A DNA stretch of 26,572 nucleotides from an uncultured delta proteobacterium (lineage in GTDB: Bacteria > Desulfobacterota > Syntrophobacteria > BM002). Under the pieces are notes generated by a model that was not told the DNA's origin, did not search any database, and saw only the letters and a list, made by a program, of their open reading frames with translations. The stretch is from assembly GCA_963712115.1 (NCBI GenBank), contig CAVQGX010000024.1, positions 1-26,572 of the forward strand. Direction: 5' to 3'. Of this stretch, positions 26,534 to 26,572 are shown piece by piece (position 1 is the stretch's first letter; every line of letters begins with the position of its first letter). The position numbers were made by a program, and so were the translations under genes.

Positions 26534-26572
26534 GCCTGTTTTGTCACTCCCAGAATATTCTATCTCATTCAC

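Overview
Bacterial chromosomal window whose gene content looks like an anaerobic Desulfobacterota (deltaproteobacterial) organism; the taxonomy is inferred, not shown. Most of it (1787-19092, minus strand) is an energy-metabolism locus. A PAS-PAS sigma54 activator and a predicted -24/-12 promoter precede: a membrane histidine kinase with heme-c-type motifs, a hybrid REC-PAS kinase, a USP, a single-domain receiver, an HdrA with an inserted GltD/NfnB-like NAD(P)H module (HdrL-type), MvhD, an FdhB/FrhB-like protein, a second double-FAD HdrA, HdrC and HdrB. The most striking feature is a complete, apparently phosphorylatable receiver domain inserted inside the second HdrA. This suggests the co-encoded kinases control a flavin-based electron-bifurcating complex directly. 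The right end holds an MBL-fold hydrolase, a PLP D-amino-acid enzyme and a candidate c-di-AMP module: a DacZ-like cyclase, a DHH phosphoesterase and an APC permease fused to TrkA/RCK with an internal Shine-Dalgarno/ATG. Also present are a frameshifted TetR gene, several intergenic heptamer-periodic inverted repeats and a 42-bp inverted-repeat element built from mini-hairpins. No rRNA, tRNA, CRISPR array or transposase was recognised.
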